Assembly (NCBI GenBank): GCA_044356725.1
Contig: JBIKVS010000008.1
Coordinates: 1 to 49,865, forward strand
Source: Minisyncoccia bacterium
GTDB taxonomy: Bacteria; Patescibacteriota; Minisyncoccia; SW-4-49-11
DNA length: 49,865 bases
Direction: 5' to 3'
Positions within the stretch are counted from its first letter, which is position 1. Each line of letters opens with the position of its first letter. The notes below the pieces were generated by a model. It did not search any database. It was not told the origin of the DNA and was given only the letters and a program-made list of their open reading frames with translations. Shown piece after piece: positions 36,512 to 46,501 of this stretch. The position numbers and the translations under genes were made by a program.

Positions 36512-38056
36512 TTATTTATTTTTAATAATATAATGTTTAATATGACTCCATTTTAATTTTATAGTTATAGCTATTAACAATATTAATATAACTACTATCA
36601 ATACTATTGTATTAGTATTGATAAAGTTATTTTCTATTTGGCTACAAAGTTCTGTATTAATCTTATTACAATCATAATCAATACTAACTTTATCTATTTC
36701 TGTTCCCTGACTATCATATAATATAGACTCTAGGGTGACAATTCCCGTTAAGTTAAATGATGAAAGTTTTGAGATTAAACCTTCAACTCTAGCTGAAATA
36801 GGACCAGAATATTCTATACGGCCTAGTTCTCTATTTCTACTATTCTTAAGTGTAGTCACTACCTTAACTGGACCTTCATCGATTTCTGAGCTTGTATTAT
36901 GTATGCAGGTTATAATATTAGTTTGTTTTGTAATAGGATAGGTGTCTAAACCTACAAAATGCAATCTAGGTCTAAGGTTAGAGTTAATCCCAAATCTAAT
37001 ATTAGCTATACTTTTATAAGATTCTACCTGTATTTCTTCTTCAGGCAAAGATATAATCTTAAGGGCATACACAGGTTCAGTAGCATTATCTATAGTATAT
37101 GAAATTGGTAATTTTTGTTCTGGTTCAACTGTATAGACTTCTTCTAAATTCTGAATAAAGTTGCTCTCAAATGTAGAGTCCCAACGATATAGTTTATATG
37201 TAACTTTCATTCTCCTAGATTCTTGTGTGTCATTGACTAAAGTAGTCTCTACTTTAATCTCTCCCTTATCATATTGCTCCAAGGAACTTAATTCATCATA
37301 AGGTTTTCCATTTACTTTAATATCTGTTTTATCAAGATAAATATAATTTTTATTTTCTCCTGATACTGTAAAAGGGATTCTCCCACCATAAACCGATTCA
37401 CTAAAGGTCAGACCTGATAAATTAAATTTATCATTATTATAAACATAAAGTAGCAGTTCATATTCTCCTGCAATAGCATTAATTGGTAATTGATATATAC
37501 TATCAACTACATAAGATGCTCCAGCATCTAGATTGATATCTGAGGCAATAATAAATTCATCCAAGGTAATAGTAGAAGCCCTATTAAAAATAGGGTTATC
37601 TAAATTTCTAACTAATCTACCATATACTGTAGCATTCACAATCGCCGAATTACTATTATTGTTGATTGCTCCTTCAATAATAACAGCATCTCCTGGAGCA
37701 AAAGAGTCAGTATTAGACTTTAAATCAATTTTTATATTATCGGATTTATTGTAATCAAAGCAACTAGCTAATTCTCCTGATTTTATATTATTAGCTTCTA
37801 GTTGAAATGGTTTCTCATTAAGAGAGTTTCTTATATTATTTAACTCTTCTTCATCAATTCCACTATTATTAATTGGAGTATCATCTCCAGTAGATAAAGT
37901 CGGATATCTTGGATCATTAATGATAAATCCCTTTTCATCATATTCTGGCTCAAAACTCTCAGCTATATTTGCTGAAAATATTGACAAAGTTGTTAAACTT
38001 AAAATTACAAGATAAATTCCTATATTAAGGGATGATTTTATAAGTATTTTTATTAT
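36512..38056 (-). CDS. Secreted, C-terminally membrane-anchored Ig-like protein (module 2, partner A); probable ATA start
   Basis: Frame is open 23 codons upstream of TTG 37987 and completes a signal peptide; paralog of 31304-32722. Confidence 0.75.
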   Translation of the reverse strand: MIKILIKSSLNIGIYLVILSLTTLSIFSANIAESFEPEYDEKGFIINDPRYPTLSTGDDTPINNSGIDEEELNNIRNSLNEKPFQLEANNIKSGELASCFDYNKSDNIKIDLKSNTDSFAPGDAVIIEGAINNNSNSAIVNATVYGRLVRNLDNPIFNRASTITLDEFIIASDINLDAGASYVVDSIYQLPINAIAGEYELLLYVYNNDKFNLSGLTFSESVYGGRIPFTVSGENKNYIYLDKTDIKVNGKPYDELSSLEQYDKGEIKVETTLVNDTQESRRMKVTYKLYRWDSTFESNFIQNLEEVYTVEPEQKLPISYTIDNATEPVYALKIISLPEEEIQVESYKSIANIRFGINSNLRPRLHFVGLDTYPITKQTNIITCIHNTSSEIDEGPVKVVTTLKNSRNRELGRIEYSGPISARVEGLISKLSSFNLTGIVTLESILYDSQGTEIDKVSIDYDCNKINTELCSQIENNFINTNTIVLIVVILILLIAITIKLKWSHIKHYIIKNK

Positions 38057-38180
38057 TTACTTATTCCTTTCTTATTATATACTGTTGCATTAGATCTCTG
38101 AAGAAAAGATATAAAATTATATATTATATTTTGTAATTTGTCTATTTATTCAAGTTGTAGATAAGTCCGTTTTGGTTATT

Positions 38181-39449
38181 TTATAGAGAATCGTAATCTC
38201 TAACTATAATCTGGGAGTCAATTTGTTTCATTGTCTCCAAAATAACAGATACGACAATCAACATACTGGTTCCTCCAATAGCTAATGACTGATTTCCAGT
38301 AAATCCTGTCATTATAAATGGCAATACTGCTACTAATCCTAGGAATATAGCTCCAAATATAATAATTCTATTTGATACATATTGTAAATATTGTGCAGTT
38401 TTCTCCCCTGGTCTAATACCTGTTACAAAACCTCCTTGTTTTTGTAGATTTTCTGCTACTGCTTTTGGTTCAAATACAATAGTGGTATAAACATAGGTAA
38501 ATATCAATACCAGAACAAAGTATATACTAGCATAAGCTACTTGATTGGCTAAGAAGGTGTTTATATTAGTAGCAACATTACGCACCCATTCAATATTAGT
38601 TTGTAATAATAAATTAGCAATAACTTGAGGGAATAAGACTAAAGATACAGCAAATATAATTGGCATTACCCCAGCTTGGTTTACTTTCATTGGTAAATAA
38701 GTATCCACTTGACTATTTACCAAGGCTCCCCTTGATTTTTTACTATAAGATATAGGTATATTCCGCTGACCTTCAGTAATAAAAATAATTACATATATAA
38801 CTGCTAATATAATTACCAAATACAGTAAATAAGTTGGCATGTCTGCTCTATTGAAGTTTAGTCTGAATTGATTAAGAGTAGTAGGTAGAGAGGATATTAT
38901 ACCAGCAAAAATAATCAAAGAAATACCATTACCTACTTTTTGATTGGTTATAATCTCTCCTAGCCACATTAACCCCATAGTTCCTGCAGTCATAAGTGCA
39001 ATTACTGTAATTACTTGTAAACTTGTGATCTCTTGTATAACACTAGCACTTCTGAGTAAAGTTAAAGTAGACATTGCTTGTATAATAGCTAATGGAACCG
39101 TTAACATTCTAGTATATTGATTGAATATTTGTCTTCCTTGTTCTCCTTCTTCTTTATACAATCTATTCAAAGATGGGATTACCATTGTGAATAACTGCAT
39201 TATAATTGAGGCTGTAATATATGGCCCTAAACCCAAGGCTACTAAAGAAAAATTTGAGAATCCTCCACCTGAAAATATATCTAATAACCCAAAAATTTGA
39301 TTAGATGAAGCAAATTCTTTAATACGATCTACATCAATAGCAGGAATTGGGACCGAAGCTATTAATCTATATATAATCAAAAGTCCTAAAACTAATAATA
39401 ATTTATTTCTTAATTCTGGGATTTTAGCTATATATAGCCATCTTTTCAT
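38181..39449 (-). CDS. secY: Preprotein translocase SecY
   Basis: LGLGPYITASII, GNGISLIIFAGI and GGTSMLIVV. Confidence 0.98.
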   Translation of the reverse strand: MKRWLYIAKIPELRNKLLLVLGLLIIYRLIASVPIPAIDVDRIKEFASSNQIFGLLDIFSGGGFSNFSLVALGLGPYITASIIMQLFTMVIPSLNRLYKEEGEQGRQIFNQYTRMLTVPLAIIQAMSTLTLLRSASVIQEITSLQVITVIALMTAGTMGLMWLGEIITNQKVGNGISLIIFAGIISSLPTTLNQFRLNFNRADMPTYLLYLVIILAVIYVIIFITEGQRNIPISYSKKSRGALVNSQVDTYLPMKVNQAGVMPIIFAVSLVLFPQVIANLLLQTNIEWVRNVATNINTFLANQVAYASIYFVLVLIFTYVYTTIVFEPKAVAENLQKQGGFVTGIRPGEKTAQYLQYVSNRIIIFGAIFLGLVAVLPFIMTGFTGNQSLAIGGTSMLIVVSVILETMKQIDSQIIVRDYDSL

Positions 39450-39509
39450 ATCTATATCTTAATCTATTATTAGTCTTGCAATGTATTGAATATAACTAAT
39501 CTATGTAAT

Positions 39510-39974
39510 TTAGACGCTATACAAATCTTGTACTGTCTTAGATATTGCTAAATTTTCAAAGGTGAATTTTTTCTTGATAACATCTCCTGTGTTTTTAGCT
39601 AAAATTTTAACTTTAACAGAGCTATTAGACAATAACTTAGCTTCAACTAGAGCTTCAATATTAATAATAGCTTTATTATCAAATATATTAGCAATAAACT
39701 CTATATTAATCACTTTATAAGCAACTTTTCCTTTAACATTACCAATTCTATGATGACCTTGTACTGGTGACTGTCCTCGTCTTTTATGAATCACTCTACT
39801 TCCTTGTCCAGCTAAAGCAGCACTTCCTCCTGTGAATAAAGGAGATATTTTAGCTCCAGATCGAGACTTCTGTCCTTTTTGACCTTTCCCACTGTATGTC
39901 CCTCGCTTTCCACCACGACCAATACGCTTACGAGATTTTTGAGATAAATTTGAAGATAATGTGTGAATCTGCAT
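39510..39974 (-). CDS. rplO: 50S ribosomal protein L15
   Basis: RIGRGGKRGTYSGKGQKGQKSRSG. Confidence 0.95.
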   Translation of the reverse strand: MQIHTLSSNLSQKSRKRIGRGGKRGTYSGKGQKGQKSRSGAKISPLFTGGSAALAGQGSRVIHKRRGQSPVQGHHRIGNVKGKVAYKVINIEFIANIFDNKAIINIEALVEAKLLSNSSVKVKILAKNTGDVIKKKFTFENLAISKTVQDLYSV

Positions 39975-39975
39975 A

Positions 39976-40437
39976 CTATTGTGTCTTTAATAAAGCTTTT
40001 ACAGTGGCTCTTGCATTATTTAGCTTATTATTACCACCAAGCATTTTAGAGGTAATATTCTTAATACCTACTAAATCTACTACTGTTCTAGTAGCTCCTC
40101 CGGCTACAATTCCTTTTCCTTCTTTTGCTGGTTTTACAATAACTTGAGCACTTCCAAATTTAGCAGTAGCATCGACCGCAACTGTACCTGTACTAACATC
40201 GATTTGAACTAGCTTTTTCTTCGCTGCATTGATAGCTTTGTCAATAGCAATGGCTGTATCAGCTCCTTTTCCGACACCTACACCAACTTTACCATTTCTG
40301 TCTCCTATAACTACAGCAGCTCTAAATGAGAATCTTCTTCCTCCTGCCATAACACGAGCTACTCTTGCTATATCAAGTACTTTATGATCATATTCTCTTT
40401 TTTCTGGCTGTCGTGATTGTTGTTTACTCTTTGACAT
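39976..40437 (-). CDS. rpsE: 30S ribosomal protein S5
   Basis: GGRRFSFRA, GIVAGG. Confidence 0.97.
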   Translation of the reverse strand: MSKSKQQSRQPEKREYDHKVLDIARVARVMAGGRRFSFRAAVVIGDRNGKVGVGVGKGADTAIAIDKAINAAKKKLVQIDVSTGTVAVDATAKFGSAQVIVKPAKEGKGIVAGGATRTVVDLVGIKNITSKMLGGNNKLNNARATVKALLKTQ

Positions 40438-40442
40438 AATTA

Positions 40443-40799
40443 TTAAACTCTTAATCCTGATTTACGAACTCCTTCAGCAAAAGCAGCTATTTTACCTGTA
40501 TACTTGCGACCTCTTCTATCAAAAACAGCTCGATGAATATTTCTTTGAATTGCCATCTCTGCTAGCTTTTGACCTAATTTTTCAGAGTCAGTAACTGTAA
40601 TATTATTAGTAGCATTGATGGATTTGCTATGTATTCCTATCAAGGTAATACCTTTGATATCATCTATTAGCTGAGCATAGATACTTGTATTGCTTTTAGA
40701 GACAGCTAATCTAGGAATAGTGGAGGTACCAGAGATTTTACCTCTACCCCTTACTTTTCTTCTTGCTAATCTCCTCTGTTTATCCAAAATTTCTTTCAT
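40443..40799 (-). CDS. rplR: 50S ribosomal protein L18
   Basis: PRLAVSKSN, VFDRRG. Confidence 0.96.
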   Translation of the reverse strand: MKEILDKQRRLARRKVRGRGKISGTSTIPRLAVSKSNTSIYAQLIDDIKGITLIGIHSKSINATNNITVTDSEKLGQKLAEMAIQRNIHRAVFDRRGRKYTGKIAAFAEGVRKSGLRV

Positions 40800-40820
40800 A
40801 CTATATACATTATAAACAAT

Positions 40821-40849
40821 ACTATATCATACTTAACTTAATATTTCAA
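40821..40849 (-). promoter_or_regulatory. Internal promoter before rplR
   Basis: TTGAAA-17 nt-TATAGT with extended TG. Confidence 0.55.
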
Positions 40850-40852
40850 GTA

Positions 40853-41389
40853 TTAAGAAGATGTCTTCTTACCTACTTTCATTCTTACAAACTCATCATC
40901 ATATCTAACTCCTTTACCTTTATATGGTTCTGGTGGTCGAGTAGATCTAATATTAGCTGATACTTGTCCAACTAATTCTTTACTGATTCCCTTTACTGAT
41001 ATAGTATTTTTCTCTACTTCAAAGGTAATTCCTTCTGGAGCAGTTATTTCAATTGGATGAGAATAACCTAAATTCAAGACTAAAGTTTGTCCTTGCAAAG
41101 CTACTCTATACCCAACCCCTTCAATTCTTAGTTTTTTGGTAAAACCTTCTGTTACTCCAGTAATCATATTTTGAAGTAAAGCTCTATATAATCCCCAAAA
41201 AGCGCTCACATTTTTGATTTGTTCTTTTGGAGTTACAAATACTTCATTCTCTCCCATTTCAAAAGAAATTGGATGGCTCACTGTTTGTTGCAAAGTTCCT
41301 TTAGGTCCAGTAACTTTTAGAATGCTATCTTCTAGTATTACTGAGACATCTTTAGGAATTTGGATTGGCTTTTTACCTACTCTTGACAT
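40853..41389 (-). CDS. rplF: 50S ribosomal protein L6
   Basis: MSRVGKKPI, PEPYKGKG. Confidence 0.98.
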   Translation of the reverse strand: MSRVGKKPIQIPKDVSVILEDSILKVTGPKGTLQQTVSHPISFEMGENEVFVTPKEQIKNVSAFWGLYRALLQNMITGVTEGFTKKLRIEGVGYRVALQGQTLVLNLGYSHPIEITAPEGITFEVEKNTISVKGISKELVGQVSANIRSTRPPEPYKGKGVRYDDEFVRMKVGKKTSS

Positions 41390-41408
41390 AATATTATATT
41401 TACCTTAA

Positions 41409-41798
41409 TTACCAAACTTGACAGATAATCTCCCCTCCCAGTTTTTCTCTCTTTGCAGTATTAGCATCAATAATACCTTTTGAGGTTGAGACTATAACAG
41501 TTCCTTTACCATACTTAAACTGAGTTGGCAAATCTTGAGATTTAGAATAAACTCTTCTACCTGGTTTACTGACTCTATCAATACCTTTAATTCCATCTTT
41601 TTTCAAAGTAATAACAATTACAGGGAATTCATTTTCTTGTTCTTTTTTCTCCACTGCTGAGATGAATTTTCTAGTTTTTAATAATTTAGCAATTTCAAAC
41701 TTAAGTTTAGAATAAGGAATAGAAACCTCTCTTTTATTTATAATTTGAGAATTTCTAATTCTTGTTAACATGTCTGCGATAGGGTCTGAAGTATTCAT
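41409..41798 (-). CDS. rpsH: 30S ribosomal protein S8
   Basis: DPIADMLTRIRN, SKPGRRVY. Confidence 0.98.
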   Translation of the reverse strand: MNTSDPIADMLTRIRNSQIINKREVSIPYSKLKFEIAKLLKTRKFISAVEKKEQENEFPVIVITLKKDGIKGIDRVSKPGRRVYSKSQDLPTQFKYGKGTVIVSTSKGIIDANTAKREKLGGEIICQVW

Positions 41799-41810
41799 AT
41801 ATCTTTATAA

Positions 41811-41996
41811 TTACCAACTAGATTTTTTAACACCTGGGATTACTCCTTGTGATGCCATTTCTCTGAAACAAATTCTACACAATCCAAAGTCTCTCATATA
41901 ACCTCTATGTCGTCCACAACTAAAACATCTATTTACACCTCTAGTCATAAACTTTTGCTTCTTCTTAGATTTTGCGATGTGTGCTTCTGTAGCCAT
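41811..41996 (-). CDS. rpsN: 30S ribosomal protein S14 (Zn-binding type Z)
   Basis: CFSCGR...LCRICFRE. Confidence 0.97.
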   Translation of the reverse strand: MATEAHIAKSKKKQKFMTRGVNRCFSCGRHRGYMRDFGLCRICFREMASQGVIPGVKKSSW

Positions 41997-42007
41997 ATAG
42001 TATAATA

Positions 42008-42547
42008 TTATTGCTTAAATGGAAATCCCATTGATTTTAATAAATAAAGACTCTTTTCCTTATTAGAATTAGAGATAGTAATATTAACTTGCATTCCAAA
42101 GTTAATACCAAGTTCTTCATTCGATAATTCTGGAAAAATAATTTGCTCCTTAATACCAAAGTTTACATTCCCCTTTGCATCAATTTTGGTAGATTCAATA
42201 CCTTGAAAATCTCTAGTTCTAGGCAAGGCAATACTAATTAGTCTATCTAAAAAGTCATACATTCTCTCTCCTCTCAAAGTAACCTTAAGCGCTATGGTCA
42301 TACCTTGTCTAGTTTTAAATTGAGCAATAGAGCTTTTAGCAGCTACTGAGATTGGTTGTTGTGCAGCAATGGTAGTTAATACCGATTTTACTTTCTCAAA
42401 CTTTTGTACATCACGGAAATTTTTTCCAGTTCCAACATTGAGAGTGATTTTCTCTATTTTAGGAGCAGCAAAGGTATTGACTATCCCAAACTCTTTCATT
42501 AGCTCCGGCTTCAAACTATCTTGATAACGTGTTTTCAAACTTGACAT
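42008..42547 (-). CDS. rplE: 50S ribosomal protein L5
   Basis: [19 protein letters not shown]. Confidence 0.97.
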   Translation of the reverse strand: MSSLKTRYQDSLKPELMKEFGIVNTFAAPKIEKITLNVGTGKNFRDVQKFEKVKSVLTTIAAQQPISVAAKSSIAQFKTRQGMTIALKVTLRGERMYDFLDRLISIALPRTRDFQGIESTKIDAKGNVNFGIKEQIIFPELSNEELGINFGMQVNITISNSNKEKSLYLLKSMGFPFKQ

Positions 42548-42548
42548 A

Positions 42549-42854
42549 TTACAATTCTTTATTCAACTTATGACTATATCTAACTTTCTTACCCTCCAAT
42601 AACTTATATGAAACTTTGGTTCGAGTAGAAGTTTCTGAATCAACAAAAGCTACATTAGAAATATGTATAGTGGATGGCTTTTCTATAATAGTTCCAGCTT
42701 CTCCATTTTGACGAGGTTTCTGATGTTTTTTAACTAACATAACACCTTCAACACGAATACGGTTTCTAGATGGAATAACCTCAAGAACTTTTCCTCTTTT
42801 ACCTTTATCCTTTCCGGTGATAACCTCTATAATGTCATTTTTACGAATCTTCAT
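42549..42854 (-). CDS. rplX: 50S ribosomal protein L24
   Basis: GKDKGKRG KOW motif, IHISNV. Confidence 0.97.
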   Translation of the reverse strand: MKIRKNDIIEVITGKDKGKRGKVLEVIPSRNRIRVEGVMLVKKHQKPRQNGEAGTIIEKPSTIHISNVAFVDSETSTRTKVSYKLLEGKKVRYSHKLNKEL

Positions 42855-42867
42855 ACTCTTACTATAA

Positions 42868-43236
42868 TTACAACACTTCTGGTGCTAATGATACAATTTT
42901 CATATATCCAGACTCTCTTATTTCTCTAGCAATTGGTCCGAATACACGAGTTCCTACAGGCTCTTTACTATTATTAATAATTACAGCTGCATTTTCATTA
43001 AATCTAATATAAGATCCATCTGCTCTTCGATATTCTTTACATTGCCTAACAATAACAGCCTTAACAACATCTCCCTTTTTCACAGTAGCTCGAGGCTCAG
43101 CACTCTTAACAGATGCCACAATAATATCTCCTAATTGAGCATATCTTTTACGAGTTCCACCCAAAACATTGAAACATTCAATGATTTTTGCTCCTGAGTT
43201 ATCAGCTACTTTTAACTTAGTCTCTTTCTGAATCAT
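42868..43236 (-). CDS. rplN: 50S ribosomal protein L14
   Basis: [15 protein letters not shown]. Confidence 0.98.
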   Translation of the reverse strand: MIQKETKLKVADNSGAKIIECFNVLGGTRKRYAQLGDIIVASVKSAEPRATVKKGDVVKAVIVRQCKEYRRADGSYIRFNENAAVIINNSKEPVGTRVFGPIAREIRESGYMKIVSLAPEVL

Positions 43237-43237
43237 A

Positions 43238-43495
43238 TTATTGTATTACTATCCATCTCTTATGCTTAGACAAAGGCTTTGATTCTTGAATCATAACCTC
43301 ATCTCCAACTTGAATTGCATCATTTTCATTATGTGCTTTATATTTTTTAGTAACGGTGTATCTTTTCTTATATAAAGGATCTAACTTAGTCTTATTTACA
43401 GCAACAACTACTGTTTTTTGCATAGCAGTAGATACAACCTTACCTTTTAGGGTTCTCTTATTAACTGTATTAGATGTGATTGTAGTATCGGACAT
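43238..43495 (-). CDS. rpsQ: 30S ribosomal protein S17
   Basis: GKVVS...[16 protein letters not shown]. Confidence 0.97.
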   Translation of the reverse strand: MSDTTITSNTVNKRTLKGKVVSTAMQKTVVVAVNKTKLDPLYKKRYTVTKKYKAHNENDAIQVGDEVMIQESKPLSKHKRWIVIQ

Positions 43496-43497
43496 AA

Positions 43498-43689
43498 TTA
43501 TTTCGATGATTGATTCAATAATGTTTTAATGCGAGCAATATCTCTTCTTAAAGCTTTCAAAGACGCACTATTAGTTTTTTGAGAAGGATCACTTTTTACA
43601 AATACCAATTTACCTAATTCTATCTTTTTATCAGATAAAATATTTTGTAATTCTTGCTGTGATTTGGTACTGTATATCTCCTTACTCAT
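43498..43689 (-). CDS. rpmC: 50S ribosomal protein L29
   Basis: LRRDIARIKTLL; operon position. Confidence 0.92.
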   Translation of the reverse strand: MSKEIYSTKSQQELQNILSDKKIELGKLVFVKSDPSQKTNSASLKALRRDIARIKTLLNQSSK

Positions 43690-43730
43690 AAACTATGATC
43701 TTCTTAACGCATTAATATAGCATAAAATGT

Positions 43731-43759
43731 ATTATATCTAATTTTTTAGCATTAGTCAA
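43731..43759 (-). promoter_or_regulatory. Internal promoter before rpmC
   Basis: TTGACT-17 nt-TATAAT in an 80-nt gap. Confidence 0.65.
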
Positions 43760-43769
43760 TACTTTTTTA

Positions 43770-44189
43770 CTAATCCTTGCTAATAAACTTGGTTTTGACT
43801 GGCAATTTAGCCCCAGCTCTTCTCAAAGCTTCAGCAGCTACTTCAGCAGAAACACCATCAATCTCAAATAGAATTTTACCAGCTTTAAGATTAACTACAT
43901 AATGGTCAACCGCTCCTTTTCCTTTTCCCATACCTACTTCAGCACTTTTAGCTGTAATAGGTTTATGAGGAAAAACTCTAATCCAAACTTTACCACCTCT
44001 AGAAGTATATCTAGTAATAGCTCTTCTGGCAGATTCAATTTGTCTTGCAGTAATCCACTTTGCTTCAGTAGCTTTCAGTCCATAAGAACCAAATGACAGC
44101 TCTATTCCTCTAGAGGCAGCAGTTAGTTTTTCGGAAGGCTTTCCTTTATGAACTTTTCTATGCTTGGTCTTTCTTGGTGCTAACAACAT
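43770..44189 (-). CDS. rplP: 50S ribosomal protein L16
   Basis: RQIESARRAI, MGKGKG. Confidence 0.98.
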   Translation of the reverse strand: MLLAPRKTKHRKVHKGKPSEKLTAASRGIELSFGSYGLKATEAKWITARQIESARRAITRYTSRGGKVWIRVFPHKPITAKSAEVGMGKGKGAVDHYVVNLKAGKILFEIDGVSAEVAAEALRRAGAKLPVKTKFISKD

Positions 44190-44208
44190 ACTCCTATTCT
44201 TAAGTTAA

Positions 44209-44856
44209 TTAATTTTCATCTGCTACTACATCTCCCTTATAAATCCAAACTTTAATACCAATAGTTCCATATTTGGTATAAGCGGTTTTCTTAGCAAAGT
44301 CAATATCAGCTCTAAGGGTAGCTAAAGGAATTTTACCTTTAGTTAAATACTCTGCTCGAGACATTTCTGCTCCGTCTAATCTACCACTGAGCAAAATTTT
44401 TACTCCCTTCACATTATGACTTTGATATACATTTTCTATAGTCTGCTTCAATACTCTTCTAAACGGAATTCTCTTTTCTAACTGTTCAGCAATATTTTCA
44501 CCTATAATAGAGGCATTTTCATTAGGATTTTTGATTTCTTCTACTGTTAATCTCAAATCTATTTGAGTTCCTATTAATTGCTTAATATTCTTTTTCAAAG
44601 ATTCAATTCCAGTTCCACCTCTTCCAATAATCATACCAGCTCTTGAAGTGTGTATAATTATATTAATAAGTCTTGGGCTTCTCTCAATATCAATATGACT
44701 TATACCTGATTTAGGCAATGACTTATTGATGAATTTACGTATTTTAGCATCTTCTTGTAAGTCTTTAGGTAAATTACGAGCAGTACCAAACCAACGAGAT
44801 GTCCAATTTTTAGTAACTCCTAATCTATATAAATTTGCTGAAGTCTTATTTCCCAT
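44209..44856 (-). CDS. rpsC: 30S ribosomal protein S3
   Basis: KH domain GMIIGRGG, GIKVWIYKG. Confidence 0.98.
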   Translation of the reverse strand: MGNKTSANLYRLGVTKNWTSRWFGTARNLPKDLQEDAKIRKFINKSLPKSGISHIDIERSPRLINIIIHTSRAGMIIGRGGTGIESLKKNIKQLIGTQIDLRLTVEEIKNPNENASIIGENIAEQLEKRIPFRRVLKQTIENVYQSHNVKGVKILLSGRLDGAEMSRAEYLTKGKIPLATLRADIDFAKKTAYTKYGTIGIKVWIYKGDVVADEN

Positions 44857-44865
44857 ATATCTAAA

Positions 44866-45384
44866 TTATTTATCGCTAACGGTTTTTTTTGTAACTTTGT
44901 CAGTAGCAGACTTTTTAGGTTTAGTAGCTTTTTTAGTACTTGTTGCCTTTGTAGCTTTCGGCTTAACTTCTTTTTCTGTAGATTTAGTCTCTACTAATTC
45001 TGTAGCTGATTTTTCTTGTGATTCAGCTTTTAATTTTCGCTTTTTTACAATATCTAATTCTCCTAAAGTAAGACTAATATGTGAACTTCTTTTACGAATA
45101 GTATAAGCTCTTCCAAATGCTCTTGGTCTGAATCTTTTTAATGTCATTCCAGCATCTACATAAATTTTCTCAACTTTTAATTGAGACTCTAATACTGAAT
45201 CTTGTTTTTTAGCATTAGCTACTGCTGATTGAATTAATTTCTTGACTGGTAAGCTAGATTTTTTGTGAACAGTATCTAAAATCAAAATTGCTTCACGAAC
45301 TGATTTTCCACGAACAGCATCAACTACAAGACGAGCTTTTCTTGGACTTATTCTAAGATTTTTAAGAGTTGCATTCCATTCCAT
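44866..45384 (-). CDS. rplV: 50S ribosomal protein L22 with Lys/Thr-rich C-terminal tail
   Basis: RISPRKARLV, RPRAFGRA; true start is ATG 45384 (MEWNATL). Confidence 0.95.
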   Translation of the reverse strand: MEWNATLKNLRISPRKARLVVDAVRGKSVREAILILDTVHKKSSLPVKKLIQSAVANAKKQDSVLESQLKVEKIYVDAGMTLKRFRPRAFGRAYTIRKRSSHISLTLGELDIVKKRKLKAESQEKSATELVETKSTEKEVKPKATKATSTKKATKPKKSATDKVTKKTVSDK

Positions 45385-45391
45385 AAAGATA

Positions 45392-45658
45392 CTATTTAAC
45401 TTTCTTACCTCCGTGACCAATAAACTTACGAGTCGGTGAGAATTCTCCTAATTTATGTCCAACCATATCCTCTTTCACATAAACTGAGATATGAGTTTTT
45501 CCATTATGTACTCCAAAGGTAAATCCAACCATTTCTGGGGTGATTGTACTGTGACGAGCCCAAGTTTTGATAATAGTAGAATCTCCTGGTTTTAATGCTA
45601 AAACCTTAGCAATAAGCTTTTCATCAATGTATGGACCTTTTTTAAGACTTCTTGACAT
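45392..45658 (-). CDS. rpsS: 30S ribosomal protein S19
   Basis: [20 protein letters not shown]. Confidence 0.98.
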   Translation of the reverse strand: MSRSLKKGPYIDEKLIAKVLALKPGDSTIIKTWARHSTITPEMVGFTFGVHNGKTHISVYVKEDMVGHKLGEFSPTRKFIGHGGKKVK

Positions 45659-45668
45659 ATACTTATAA

Positions 45669-46496
45669 TTATTTTCTTCTACTTATAATAAACTTGTTGC
45701 TAGACTTGTTTCTCTTACGAGTCTTCTTTCCAAGAGCAATTTTACCCCAAGGAGTTTTAGGAGATTTCAAACCAATTGGTTGTCTTCCTTCTCCTCCTCC
45801 ATGTGGATGATCTACTGGATTCATAGCGCTTCCTCTAACAGCTGGTCTTACTCCTCGCCATCTATTTCGTCCAGCTTTACCGATATTTTCTAACATATGA
45901 GACTCATTACTGACTCTACCGATGCTAGCATATACAGTTTTATGTACCTTTCTTACTTCTCCAGAAGGTAATTTTACTAAAGCATAATTATCTTCTACAG
46001 CAAGTACCTGTCCTGCACTACCAGCTGAGCGAATAATTTGCCCTCCTTTACCTGGGAATAATTCCAAATTATAAATTTCAGTTCCAACAGGAATATATTC
46101 AAGAGTTAAACGATTTCCAGCCACTAATGGAGCTTGCTTACTAAATATAAGTCTTTGTCCTACATTTAATTTGGATGGAGCTAGTATATAAGATTTAATT
46201 CCATCTGTATAAGTGATAAGAGCAATAAATCCAGAACGGTTAGGATCATACTCAATAGACTTCACAATAGCATCAATATCTAAACGCTTCTGTTTAAAGT
46301 CTACTAATCTATACATTCTCTTATTTCGTCCTCCTTTATGTCTAACAGTAATAACTCCTCTTGAGTTTCTACCTGACATAGAGTTAATTGGAGCTAATAA
46401 AGACTTTTCTGGAGTAGTTTTAGTTAAAACAGCTCGATAATCGACTACTGAACTTTTTCTTCTTCCTGGAGTGGTAGGTTTACGGTGCTTAATCAT
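45669..46496 (-). CDS. rplB: 50S ribosomal protein L2
   Basis: [20 protein letters not shown]. Confidence 0.98.
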   Translation of the reverse strand: MIKHRKPTTPGRRKSSVVDYRAVLTKTTPEKSLLAPINSMSGRNSRGVITVRHKGGRNKRMYRLVDFKQKRLDIDAIVKSIEYDPNRSGFIALITYTDGIKSYILAPSKLNVGQRLIFSKQAPLVAGNRLTLEYIPVGTEIYNLELFPGKGGQIIRSAGSAGQVLAVEDNYALVKLPSGEVRKVHKTVYASIGRVSNESHMLENIGKAGRNRWRGVRPAVRGSAMNPVDHPHGGGEGRQPIGLKSPKTPWGKIALGKKTRKRNKSSNKFIISRRK

Positions 46497-46501
46497 ACTT
46501 A

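Noticed and set aside
45385-45420. N-terminal extension of L22 overlapping rpsS
   Set aside because: ORF-caller artefact; ATG 45384 gives the normal start
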